A DNA stretch of 62,208 bases, the filler included, from Choristocarpus tenellus KU-1152 (lineage: Eukaryota > Protista > Phaeophyceae), in assembly GCA_964200185.2 (NCBI GenBank). It is 11 parts of 11 records of this genome, joined end to end, with 100 filler letters (N's around TTAATTAATTAA, not from the genome) between each part and the next. Parts side by side here need not be neighbours in the genome. Positions count along the whole stretch, not along the records: positions 40,742 to 52,048 come from CAXNAD020002392.1; positions 52,149 to 62,208 come from CAXNAD020003176.1; 9 more parts are not named here. The stretch is one strand, 5' to 3'. Below the pieces are notes generated by a model. It was not told where the DNA came from, made no database searches, and worked only from the letters and a program-made list of their open reading frames with translations. Shown here piece by piece: positions 49,929-62,208 of this stretch. Position 1 is the stretch's first letter, and every line of letters starts with the position of its first letter. Made by a program: the position numbers and the translations under genes.

Positions 49929-51509
49929 CGTTGATGAAAGGACAACAGGCAGACGTCAACCCGTCTGATCCCAGATCCACTTGAGACTTTGGGGAGGACA
50001 GAATGGAGGGTATGTGATATGTTGAGATGTCTCTACCCTTATCAGATATATGACTTCTTGAATCAAAGACTTCTATGGGGACAGGTGGATGGAGAATCGG
50101 CAGTGTGACCCTACTTCCGGTCAAGAATATCCTACCCTTCACATAGGCGTAACATGATGTGGTTGGACCAATAAATTGTCCAATCTCGCGCAAACGCTCG
50201 AAGATTGGCTTTACATTTGTTATGTACTCTTAATATGCACATATACCACTGCTACTAGTAGTACTTCTGTTGTTACTAGAACCTATACTCACGAGAACAG
50301 TAACCAGTGACATCATTAACTAGATATCAATTTAGCAACAGAAAAAACAAATTAAAAAATAGAGAAAAAGAAGAAAAATATATATACACATACCTGCCTA
50401 TCCATTCTTTCCAATCTCATTTTTGTACTCTTTGAAAAAGGTGTTGGAGGTTTGAAACGTGATATATCCATGTAATATGTTGGTTCCTTGTTCATGAGAA
50501 GATGCAGATCCTAAAAACATTCAGGTAAGCATCATCTTCTATCTTGCATTTTAACTGATGATATGCACAAAGCAACCAATGAATGAGTTAAGAGTGTGTG
50601 GAAAGTACGACAAGAACGGTTGTGAAGTTGTGAAGTTGTGTGTTGCTGTACATACATGCATTATTACACAACAATCCACCATCACGGTATTATTACTACT
50701 ACCACTACTAGTTGGTACGTTGATGCTACTAATTAATTGGTTCGTTTTATTTATACACTTGATTCATTAATGATGGGAGTTCGAAAAATTCGAAGAAAAA
50801 AGCCTGGAACGCCAGTCCCACACTGTAACATACTCACGTATATTTATTATTTTGTGTCTGCCATGTATGTGTAGAAAGCACCTTATTCCTGTGTTCTCTT
50901 TGCTTTTAATTCGTTCAGCGCAAATATATGCCACTACTGCTGCTGCACCAACAACACTACCTACACTCACATGCCTTATTAACATGATAAGCTCTCTGTC
51001 AATATATGCCTCCTCCTCATGTAAACATTAAAAAGTTATTTTTTCAGTGTTGTGTGATGACCCCACGATTCCAACAATCTCAAAACACTTGCAACAACTT
51101 CATACCATATTATGCTACCCATCGAAATCCAGTTTTCCGTTTATTCCATCATACAATAGATGCCCCTTATATTATTATGCCCTCTGACACTTTGTAGATG
51201 TGTCAGGGAAAAGAACAAGGGAAAACTGTTCACATACATGTCAAAAAAATCCCTAAATAAGTATGATTTGTCACAAATGTGACAAGCACCAATCTATTTG
51301 TTATTTCACTATTATCTATGTTTTATCACTGCCTTCCTGTGCCTCCAATCTACCTATTCCTGCACCCCAGGATGAGGAGCTAGGGAAGCATCCCAAGAAT
51401 CCGCCATGCCCCTTATCCTCATATTTCACATAGTGTATACATTTTTTATTCAATTTGGGCAAGAATGACAGAAGGTAGGGCTATACACCTGCCTATTAGA
51501 TGCTTCCAT

Positions 51510-51667
51510 GGCTCAAAGTATCTGGGGGGGGTGGCGACTGTCCATTTGGAGTCAATTTTTTCATGTTGAGATTTTGGGGTAATTTGGTTGCATACGTCGG
51601 ATGGATAATTAAAGTGCACTTTTCCTGGTTATGGCCCAAATGGACACCCTGGTGTAGACCCCCCCCC
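51510..51667. mobile_element. MITE family A copy (one end lost)
   Basis: GGCTCAAAGTATCTGn followed by the family A internal sequence, ending in poly-C. Confidence 0.85.
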
Positions 51668-52148
51668 TGTGCAATATAGACTGATAGTCTATATGGTTTA
51701 TAGGCATTTAGTGAACACCACTAGATATCAGGAATGTTGGCTAAGTGGAACAAGTATCATCGACTTCTGTTGGTGTGTGTGAAGTAATGAGTTCGAATCT
51801 CAAATATTTGGTTTCTTATCACTTGATATAAGTGGACTGTTGGAGGAGTCTTGAAATAGTACTAGCTACACAGAATAGGTGACATAGTACGACGTAACGG
51901 CAGGACACGTTTTGCTGTGTCAGCTGATGAGTCAGCTGATATATGTCACAAACAATAAGATAATAAGAGAGAGCACCTCCCACCACCGAGGGCTGTGCTC
52001 ACTCCGCTAATATTGATAGTGGTGAAGTAACTGATTAGTGGTTTCCACNNNNNNNNNNNNNNNNNNNNNNNNNNNNNNNNNNNNNNNNNNNNTTAATTAA
52101 TTAANNNNNNNNNNNNNNNNNNNNNNNNNNNNNNNNNNNNNNNNNNNN

Positions 52149-55100
52149 CCGTGTCCCCCACCTTCCCCCCTCCTCCCCCCCCCCCGGGCTCAGGCGAGAA
52201 GAAGGAGGAAGGCCTGAGGTCGCAGGTGCACGTGCACGGGCACGAACATGAGCCCATCCCCTCCGATCCTCGCTCCTCTCGTCTCTTCCCAATCAAACGC
52301 GGCCAACGGAAGGATGGGGAGCGGGGGAGGGAGCCCCCAGTGGTTATGTCGCCAGAAGCAGTAGTACCTTCCGGCTCGAGTCCTTGTTGCAGTTCAGAAG
52401 CAGCAGCAGGGCTTGAAGGAACCCCGTCACCTCCGGGAATGTTGTACACAGCAAGTACTGAGCTTAGCGCACCCGTGAAGGTACCTGCCGAGTAGTCTTC
52501 CCGTCTACTCATACCAGCTACCGATTGACGTTCAATAGTCCCAGGGACTAGCCCATCAGGGGATCGCAAGGAAGGACTGGGACTGGGACTGGGACTGGGA
52601 CTGGGACTGGGACTACCACTGCTGGCGCTGGATGGTACCTTTTTCTTGACCTGGAACTTGGCAAGAAACCTACCCGTTGGCGACTTGAACTTCTGGATCA
52701 GAGTTTGACCTTCAACAGTAGTAGCAGCACCTCCCAGAGCTACACCTGGAGCACCCGTAGCCGTTGCTGTGGATGCGGTGGCCTTGTGCTCAATGGTACA
52801 CACACACTGTTGTTGTTGAGTATTGCTGGAGGCCCAGGGAGAGGGAGATAGATACTCTGTGTGTGAGATTAGTCTTGCTGGGTGTGGAATTATTCGGAAA
52901 TGATGGGAGGGGGGATGAGGCACATAGGAGTTGTTTCCGGGGCAAATTGATGAAGAATCATGCCAACCAAGTCTGAGACACATGCCAATTTTTCATTGGA
53001 CTGTAAGTTGCTCTTCAAAACAATGTCACCCACAAAACCCTAACCCTAACCCACCTAATACGGAACAAGCAGGACAAGGCACACACGGGCTTTAGTGTTT
53101 GCTTATTCTGTACTAGCACCTTTTGCCACGTGCGGTCAAGATATGCCACTCTATTGTACAACTCCAAAAAAAAATGTATTGCATTGTATTGCATTCCATT
53201 GCCCGCCTGCCTGCCTGCCTGCCTGACTCCCTCGAAATGACCTTTATCAGGTGTAACCGGGACACCCTCATTAATATTACAAAAAACGCAACACCCTCCC
53301 AGAAAAGCAAGTACATAAACACCCCCCCCATCAATGTGTGTACATGCTTGCAATAGCTTGTGCGGATATTGCTTTTACCGAAGCATGATGTTGCAGTAGG
53401 TACATACACCCATATACACCAACATACAACCTAGAACTCACCTATATCAAACACCTGAGATACCGTGCATCTGTCTGGCCCGGTGGAACACTGGCACCTA
53501 CAATATTCAGAAAACCTAAAGCCTACTTGCCCCACGAGGCAGGAGGCGTGTATGTATATATCCCGCACATGGCTTATCAACAGAGGCGTATCTAACAGCG
53601 AGAGGATTAGGGTGATATTACAACGGAGGAGGAGAAGGTGAAGTGAAGTCTCACAGAGATGCAGCGACCGATTCAATTTATCGCGGACTATTAAAAATAA
53701 TAAAAATATTGCATGAACCTTCTTTTTCTCTCAGATATTTACGTGAGGTGTGGGAAATTTGATGAGGTTTGCGGGATGTAACCCCGGACAGGATATTATT
53801 ATTATTATTATTATTACATCATAAACATCAATATCACTATCACTACATTGTTAGTACTATTATTATTATTATTATTATTACTGCATAATTAACATCAATA
53901 TAAAATACTATGACTACGACTTTCAAGCTTGTCGATTGAGGAACTGGATATCGAAATGATTACCAACTCATCATCAGAGCGCACAGATCAAACATACAGC
54001 AAGCAATGGGCGATACTGCTTCCGGAAGCTTCTGGAAGACTCGGATAAGAATAAATAACAGTACGCAATACGCAGTACTCCGAATCTAGTAAGAAAAAAA
54101 AAAAAGGAACAGGGGCCGCCCATCAGATCACACCATCGGAAACCAACTTCAACCCATCATTACAACCAGCCGGGAACAGTGCCAGAGTCGTGCCATCTAA
54201 CTTACAACGGATTAAGCAAAACCCTCCGAACTGTCTCCCTATCAAAAATCATGCAGCCATTTTAAGAGCAAACACGAACACACTTACTACAATACTACTG
54301 CACAATTCAATTCAATCACTCTGCTAACGCTAACCCCAAGAGGAGTACCAACCCCACAAAACCCCTGCCATCAGTCGAAGAGATCTCTCACCGATCAGCA
54401 CCACCACCCCACCAGCCCCTCCCCAGCCCCCACCACATCCCCTCTCCTCCCCACCCCCCCCGCCGCTGCAACGCAATAGTAAGGCGCTCCCAAGCACACA
54501 GCAGAGGGGATGCCAACGCAATGAAAGCCAAGCCTGCTAACGTGAGACAACGGAATCCTGCATTGAAGAGTCCAAACATCGCCTGCGATTTCGTCACCTC
54601 CGGGGCGCTACTACTTCCAGCACCTGGAAGGCGTACTGAGGAGGGCAGCAACGCCTGAGTAATGAAAGTGATGGCCCCGGTGGTGAGGTGCCAAAAAAGG
54701 TTGCGTGACATGGGATGAGGAAGGGGTGAGGGAAAGAGCAGAAGCACCGGCATGACTTTTTATTTATTTACATATGTATTTATATATATATATATGTATC
54801 TTAATCCTACCAAATAGAAGGGGATCGTAGGCATACAAAAAAAAGAAGAGGTCGGATTTAGAAAAAAAATACAATCAATTGAGCTCGCGAGCAAAACAGA
54901 TAAATAAATAATAAAGTGGTGATTCAAGCACCGTAATAGTACACACACAAAAACAAACATAAAAAATAGACCACTGCGGTGTCAGTCCCTTCAATCCCTT
55001 CAAAAACACTTTCTACAAAGTAGAGTAGAGTAGAGTAGAGTAGAGTAGAGTAGAGTAGAGTAGAGTAGAGTAGGACAAAAATATTCAGCATTGCTAAATA

Positions 55101-55903
55101 AAAAACCGTCCGTCCGTATTAAACTCTCTCTCTCTCTCTCTCTCAAAACATTTTTTTTTCTTTCATTTATTGAAGTCCTAAAATAATAATTCTTCTGTTC
55201 AAACTGAACTCTCGCTTTTTCTAAGCAAGTATTGTCATCCAGCGCAAGCAAGCCCTAGACTAGATCCTTCCATCTTAACTTCACTTTCTCATCACTTTTC
55301 TCGTCTTCAATTCGCGGCGATGCACCTTTCCAGGAATGTTGCAATTATTTGTTGCAATTATTTGTTGCAATTATTTGTTGCAATTATTTTTTCTTTCAAA
55401 CTTAGCCACCTTCCGACAAGGTAATAACAAGCTCGTATAATCAGGGAGGGAGATATTAGCCCCCCCCCGAAAATGAATAAATAAAAGAACAAAAAAGATC
55501 ATTCCGATTTGAATATTTAAGAACCATTTTTGCGTTCCCTGTTCCACACTGCTTAGTAAGATCCAATCATCTTCTCTGCATCACTTTTGACAACCACCGT
55601 ATCTACCAGGACTGCGGCTACAGATGCAGGGTTAGGACTACAACATAAACCTAACAAACTTAAAATCAATCCCCCCATAAAGCAGTCCCACTCGACTTAT
55701 CGCAAAGTGTGGCCAGCAGTGGATGTATTTGATTTCTATTAATTAAAAAATCGAATACAGTCCCCTGCCAGATTTTTTTTTAAACTAATCCTAACCCTAA
55801 CCCTAACCCTGACCCTAACCCTAACCTTAACGAGAAGTTAAAACCATTGAAAAAAACAACCGCAAACCTGCATTCAAACTACCCATAAAAAATAAAAATA
55901 AAA

Positions 55904-55940
<37 letters not shown>

Positions 55941-56740
55941 CTTGCCTCACCCCAAAAACAAGATACGTCCTGTCAACATTGCTCCTTTCCCTTCTTGTCC
56001 TACCTTCCTCGACATGGACCCCACAACAGCATCAGACGTCCACGCACACACTGCCACTGGCAACGCCACCGCCACCACGCCGTAAACACCCCGCACCAAC
56101 ACCACCAAAAGCAACAAGTAAGGCCCCACCCCCGCTACTAACCCTGCCGTCAACCTTGTTGCAGAGCGCGCTGACCACGACGTCCCACCCCCGGCAAACA
56201 CCGCCAACCACAGCCCTGTAAAACCCACCGCCACCACCTCCCCCATAGCCAACCACCACAGAAACACGGACACAGTAAATTTTCCATTTTCGTAATTTTT
56301 GATCTTGGTCAAGGTTCCGGTCCCAGTCCCGGTCCCGGTCCCGGTCCCATCCGCGGTACCAGCAGGTCGACCAGCAGGAACTTCTCGAACACCAGGCCCC
56401 CACATGGCGACTACTGCCCCACCAACAACCACCGCCGCAGAGTTCAGCTCCGCACACCCTACCACCATCACAAGCACAGCAAACGCCTCCAGGCTTCCCA
56501 GGAGAACCAAGAACCCATGCAGTTGCAAAGAGAGAGGCAGAGGGACCGCTGTCTTACTCGTCGACCCCTGAGACCTGACGGCACTACCGGCGCCTGTTGA
56601 GGTAGAACCGAGGTTTCTTCTCATGGTTCCGTGTCCTGAACCCCCAGAAGATGCGAAAGAGGACCTGGACCCGAGCGTCGCCGATGGACTCTTTCTGTGG
56701 GAGTTGCGGGCCAAGAACCGTACAAGCTCAACAGGCCTTG
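52149..56740 (-). CDS. Multi-pass membrane protein with a low-complexity Ser/Pro-rich region, partial, function unknown
   Basis: Long GC-rich open frames at about 56740-56000 (several hydrophobic helices, ending MSRK|GTAGG), 54710-54480 (hydrophobic) and 52800-52149 (SP repeats). The exon joins were not fully resolved. Confidence 0.6.
55019..55073. repeat. (AGAGT)n microsatellite
   Basis: Perfect pentanucleotide run. Confidence 0.95.
55337..55388. repeat. 13-bp tandem repeat x4
   Basis: TGTTGCAATTATT repeated four times exactly. Confidence 0.95.
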
Positions 56741-57003
56741 GGGTGAGAGCAAGCTACAATTGCGTGGCACACGTAAGATGGGGGAGGGGAGGGGAGGGGA
56801 CGGGGACGGGGGGGGGAAAGGGGGAAAGAACGGAGTGCAATTTTACGGGTGGGAGAGGTGTTTTATGTGCCTTACTGTAGACAGAAAGGCTGTCATGTCA
56901 TCACTACGGGTTTCCTGTTCTTAAATGATGCTTTCCGTTCAACAATTGAGCCGGGACGGAAGAAAATAACAAAAATGTTTCAGTGCTGTGCATCGGTTTT
57001 AAA

Positions 57004-57047
<44 letters not shown>

Positions 57048-57699
57048 GGGGTTCGAGACGACGATTTCATTATTTTTTCTCAACGATCTTTCTTCAAATA
57101 GTACGTGTGTTCTCAACGAACGCGTAACACGACCAAAAAATACAAAAGAAAGACCTTGAGTGGCTTCATTAGACGCCGCATTTAACCCCGCTTACACGGG
57201 AGCACATGATGGGAGAGTACAGAACCGCCGTCATTCCAGCAAACAAATTGATCTCTCAAATCTTGCCGCATCTCATGGATCCACTGATCACGCCTGCCTA
57301 CAACAAGGAAAACTGAAAGAACCCATTAATTCACCTTGCGTTCAATTTGACTCCCTTGCATGCCATACAAAACACACACACACCCACACACACCCACACA
57401 CACCCACACCCACATAATAAACTATAAAACTTGTCACACTTTGGAATACTAGACCGTATCACGGAGGATTATCATGTTTCAACTCCCAGTTAGGGTTAGT
57501 TGAACAACAACAAAAATGTACAGCATATACACGAACACAAATGAACCAGAAAATAAAGGGCGTTCCAGTACACCCATTTTTTGCGTAGCAATGATTACAT
57601 GAGCAATAGTTTCCCCCAAAAACGTGTGTCACAATACAGTGGAAGGCGAGCCGTAACAGAAAAAAAAGAAGCACAGCTTCAACGGTTGTGTTCATCAGT

Positions 57700-60600
57700 A
57701 CGTACTACTTACTCCCACTAGTCCGGTGGAATAAACAGATGATAGGTTTTTCACGCGCTATTTGCGTATTGCGCCGCAGAGGGACACCTCCGGTGGCACA
57801 TCTCACCAAGGTTCTTTCCCGGTTTCCGAGTCCGAGGATGATTCCAGTGACATATCTTTGGTGGACAATGCGACCAACGGTTCTGGTCTTGATTAACTCG
57901 TCCTCCTGGGCATCCATCGACTCTTTGCCCCAGCTCTTGTCGGAACCTGAATCAACTCTTGCTTGGTTCAGTTCCGTTCAGAAAAAAATCTCCGCGGATT
58001 CCTTCCCTCCTTGTCTCTTGTCTCCGATCGCCTCTTGAGCGATAATCTTTTCGTTCTCCCTGAATCCCTGCCGAGCGATTCTTGTTCCTTTTCAAAATCA
58101 TATTGTAAACGGTGAAATCTCATTCGGTTGGGTCGTGTCCCAAACCATTCCGACTCAAGCGTCGGACTCAAGCTGGATCTCTTCCGCTTCACCACATTTA
58201 GAGCTCGTATGCGCACAGGCCTGCTCATGCATTTATTTACGCGCGAACTTCCACGAGGTTGCCTCGACCAACTATCCCCCGCCGCGATCCTGACATCCTG
58301 ATCCAGTTCACCTCAACGATGTCCACGTCCGTCGTCGTGACCCAGCGCATGTTGTCGCCACTCACTTTCAGAAATTCGAGAGCCGTTGAAACAGACATCA
58401 CTGGCGGGAGAGGGCCGAGATCGTTGGGTTGAATGAAGCACGTCCAAGAAAAGGAAGCAGAGGACGTCGCACATAGATATCACACCGCGTGAGCCTTACA
58501 CGGATCGAGGTCGAGTCTTTCCCTGAGGAGCACTCTTCAGGGCGGTGTCGAGGTGTTCCAAGGATTCCAACCCGCCAATCTATCCGGAGGGGGGGTTTTG
58601 GTTGTAGTCCACTCCAAGAGGTTCCCCGGTGAGTTACGATGTCCGTGCAGTGCTCCTCAGCGTCATAAAGCTCCCCTTCGTCCAGTTCAGCCTCTACAAG
58701 TCAGACCAATCATCACAGGTCCACCGTCTGTGTTCACTGCAGTCACATTGGTGGTTGAGGAATACCAGGAAGGCGAGTTGGATGTCAACCAACCCCGCCA
58801 GGGTCAACTCTACGAAGATGCTCCGACAACTACATGGTCCACACCACCCACGACCTAATAATGGTGCTGACCAAGGACTTCTTGGGGGCATCTTCACGAC
58901 CTCGACCATATCGGGTTGGATGATATCCAACCTGTTGTCCCAGCGCTTCTCTCAACTACCGAGGTGAGCAAGGGCAGCGCCACTGCTCCAAGATCAGCCT
59001 GTCTCATGGAGACCGAACTTGACAAAGACAAGCTCGACGATGCCGGTGAGGACTGCATAGACGACGCACCTTCCCCCGGATCATCCGAGCCGTCGATACA
59101 TCATGGCATTAATGTTTATACTCTGAACTCTCAAACAAACCCCATGTCAAAGCCTCGAGGGTTATATGCCGTTGACGGGAACGGTGTCGATGGAGGTAGA
59201 GCACCTTGTCACGGGGCGTGAAAATCAGGGCTGAAACATTAAACCGTACGAGTTACGTTCGACCGCCTTTTGCTGCTGAGGAGCATGATCGCAAGACGCT
59301 GGAACTTCATCTCCTCTACATCGGCCACACGACCCACACACCGGATTGGGCACGGCGGGAAAGGCGAAGAACACCTGGCCTATCACAAGCGGGAAGCTGC
59401 CGTCGGAGACTACTATTCAGCTGTCGAAGGCTCTTGGCAAGGTCCAATGAGGAACCCGATCACAAATTGCATTGTTGTGTGGAACATCTGCAACAACGTT
59501 GGGTCGGTTGACAAGGGTGGCCACTTCACTCCTCCTTCTATGATGGGCATGGACAGGACGGGGTGTAACCTCCGGTTGTCCGGGATGTCCGACAAACAAT
59601 TCAGGAAAGAGGAGATTCATGCGATCGAGGTAGTCGAAATGCTCGAACGGACTGGTGAAAGGAGATGGGCTCCAGAGCACCAATGTTACGGAACGGAAGA
59701 GATAGGAATTTTTATCAAGGAGACAGGAATCAAACAATATAGAGGAGGTCATCAAAAACCCTTCTCCTCTCTGACCAGCTCCAAGGTTTGACAATAAGAG
59801 AGTATACGAGGCACGTCTTTGACCTTTACGTTCAACTGAGTTAGTTCATCTGGGTGAAAAGTGGTTCGACCTGGTTTCAGATCAGAAAATTTCTGTTTCT
59901 TTACACGGGCCCCAAGAAGAAAGACATCACCTAAGCGTCAATCGGATCACACAACCTTTTTTGAACGTTTGAAGGAAAGAACTTCGTGAAACAGAAAGAT
60001 TAGCACTTGGCCACCAACAGAGCGAGTTGTAGTGGGACGATCATCGTACGGTCATGACTGAGGTACTGCAGAGAACAAGTTTATCAAAACATGACAGGTT
60101 ATCTCTTCACGAGGAAAACCTCATAGAGAGATTCCGCTACCTGTGTCATCCCATCCCGCCCATACCTACTAGGGCAGGAAATCGCTTTCCTTTGGAATAG
60201 CGGTGCAAGGCCACACACAGCACCTGCCAAGAAAGCAGTGTATGAATGGGCACCTGCTTAAGTCCACTCAATATGTGTGCTCCAGCAACCTGTCCCGTCA
60301 CCGGATTTGAACACTCTACACCTCGGATTCTTCCACGCATCGTAGGCCAGGGGGCAGGCCGTACACGATTTGCTCCGATAACATGGATGACTTTGTCAAA
60401 AAAAAAAAACGCGGAAAAGATAAACCGAGAGTATGGTGCTGAGACCCGCAGAGATCTGACGGAGCCTCTTTGCGCAGTACAATGCAATGAGGCAGTGGTA
60501 CCGCTTGGGCGTGAATGACTTCAAGGGAGTGCACAAGAAGCAGGAGGATAGGCGGAGGGTAGTGCACGTACGGTGGAAGCAGTCACTTCGAGATTGAACT

Positions 60601-61400
60601 CGGTCGTAGTAACATTTTTTTTTCCTCAAAAGTGGGAAGCAAATGTGTTCTTATGTCCATCCTCTACCCATGGCATCACGTTATCTTCCTCCTTGTTAGG
60701 CTCTTCCGCAATCAACAAAATTCATACAAAACTGAAGATATTTTGGCAATCATCCATTCACCTGGCCATCTGAGGGAGGTTCTGGGAAGCTTTGCCCCAC
60801 ACGCTCCTCCGGGCAAACAAAGAATTTTCACTACGATATGTGGCTCTTTGCTTACACTAAAAATGTACCGCTTGCCATCACATTACGCTGCCATCTCGAT
60901 TAGGGTCAGTGGCACAAAATACCCTAACGGACAGGGCGTACACACATCTTAACAAGTTTTAGACATTTACCAAACGAATTAACCATCCAGCAATACTCAT
61001 CAAGCGAACGAGAACAACCCCGGCTTCCGAGAAAGAAAAAACAAAAAATACTTAAGAAACAAAAAAATAGTTGCGGAAATTCAAAAAAGATTTGAACACG
61101 TCGTGATATCACTTTTGGAACTCCAAAATGAATTCTTGTTTCAGCAGAGAATCAATTCTGTCTACTTCAAATTCACAATCGTTTCCAAAAATCCAACACT
61201 GGGATTACGACGTCTTCCGTCGATATATATTGCTCGTCCACCTCTTCGATTGAAAACATCTCCGAGGAGTCACGATCTGTCTTATCGTTGAGGAGGTCCG
61301 ATTTATGAAACCGCCCGTCAAGACATATATCGCCTGTAACGGTCGATTCCACCTTCAGTGACATAAAAAATTTCAGTAACATTCAATATGTTGCCGGACA
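57700..61400 (-). pseudogene. Decayed Ty3/Gypsy integrase relic (possibly chromovirus), interrupted by an opposite-strand retroelement-like relic at about 58230-60140
   Basis: Minus-strand fragments HFGVPKVISRRVQIF (cf. HGVPxxIxSDRxxxF), SDGQVN..FV..MPWVE (cf. QTDGQxERxN..LPxxE) and EKIIAQ...DKSWGKE..AQEDELI (chromodomain-like). Plus-strand fragments HRIGHGG, SDHTTF and HQQSE. Many stops and frameshifts. Confidence 0.5.
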
Positions 61401-62141
61401 AGCCAATCGACGAAAAGCATGCGCTAAACAAGGGCTTATGATGTCAGCAACACGTCCATACAAAACCGAATACACCATAGTGTAAACTAAAATGATAAAA
61501 TGGGATTGAGCCCAACTAAAATGAGAGGTACCCAGTTTTTGTCGTTTTTCATTTGAAGGCTGCTTTTAGATCTCTTACGATTCACCTGTACTTCTCTGGA
61601 TGAAGTTCTGAGTCTTTGACTGGAGAAGCGTGTTTCTCCATTGTTCGAAAAAAAAAATTCAGACGCAATTCAAAAACGTCATGCGTACATCCGTTAAAAA
61701 AAAACTTATTCGTTGGTAATCTTAGCATGTATAACCCTGGGTACCTCTTGCTTACTTATTTACTCCATCTCAGAAATTCCATTTTGCAATATTGGCAGTA
61801 GTCTTGAAAGTGTTAAGTGTTGGGAAAAGATTACTTGAGCTGAGTTGTAGGGATCGTGAGTTTCTCTTTGTGAAAATCAAGGGTCGAGATTACAGACTTC
61901 CATGTGATATACTCCTCGTTAATTAATTTGTCCAGCATATCTCAGAACATTTCCAAATAATGAATCATCCCAGGAGTGACCAATTCCACCGTAGATAGGT
62001 CCATGATGGCCAAGACAACATCATTCATACAGGTTGCAGGGCAGAACGTAGAGCTTGGGTTGCACTCATTTGCTTTCCATCAACTCTTTAACAGAGCTGA
62101 ACAATGAGATATACAGACATAGTTTATATCCCCACGCGTTT

Positions 62142-62208
62142 GGCTCAAAGTATCTGGGGGGGGGGGGGGGGGGGGGGCGGTCGTTTGTTTGGGGTTCTTT
62201 TTTCCATA
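62142..62208. mobile_element. MITE family A copy (runs off the window)
   Basis: GGCTCAAAGTATCT followed by a long G run. Confidence 0.8.

Noticed and set aside
55337-55388. Iteron or operator array
   Set aside because: It is a simple intronic tandem duplication with no associated replication gene.

Overview
This window is eukaryotic, intron-rich nuclear DNA from a photosynthetic ochrophyte, most likely a brown alga or close relative. The evidence is an LHCX/LI818-type antenna gene, an ASAFAP-like bipartite plastid presequence, TTAGGG arrays and many GT-AG introns. It is not one locus. Ten identical 100-nt artificial linkers (N44-TTAATTAATTAA-N44) join 11 unrelated contigs. Spliced genes reconstructed by eye: a partial ABCG transporter, a partial EF-hand protein, the 3' end of an LHCX gene, two ankyrin-repeat genes (one needs a GC-AG intron, one probably continues into a BTB domain), a complete ESF2/ABT1, a shikimate dehydrogenase C-terminus, a partial plastid-targeted unknown protein, a complete Mpv17/PMP22-family gene, a complete FtsJ/RlmM-like RNA 2'-O-methyltransferase fused to two N-terminal CCCH zinc fingers, and a partial membrane protein. 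Intergenic and intronic DNA is full of transposon material. This includes several MITE families that share G(A/G)(G/C)(T/C)CAAA-type ends with 3-4 bp target duplications, two TGT...ACA elements with 4-bp TSDs (one carries an internal tRNA-Gln PBS-like motif), foldback elements, tRNA-derived SINE heads, and relics of mariner, hAT, Copia and Gypsy elements. The best candidates for novelty are the CCCH-finger RlmM-like methyltransferase, the shared-terminus MITE group, and the PBS-bearing TGT...ACA element. No prokaryotic system such as CRISPR or an operon is supported.
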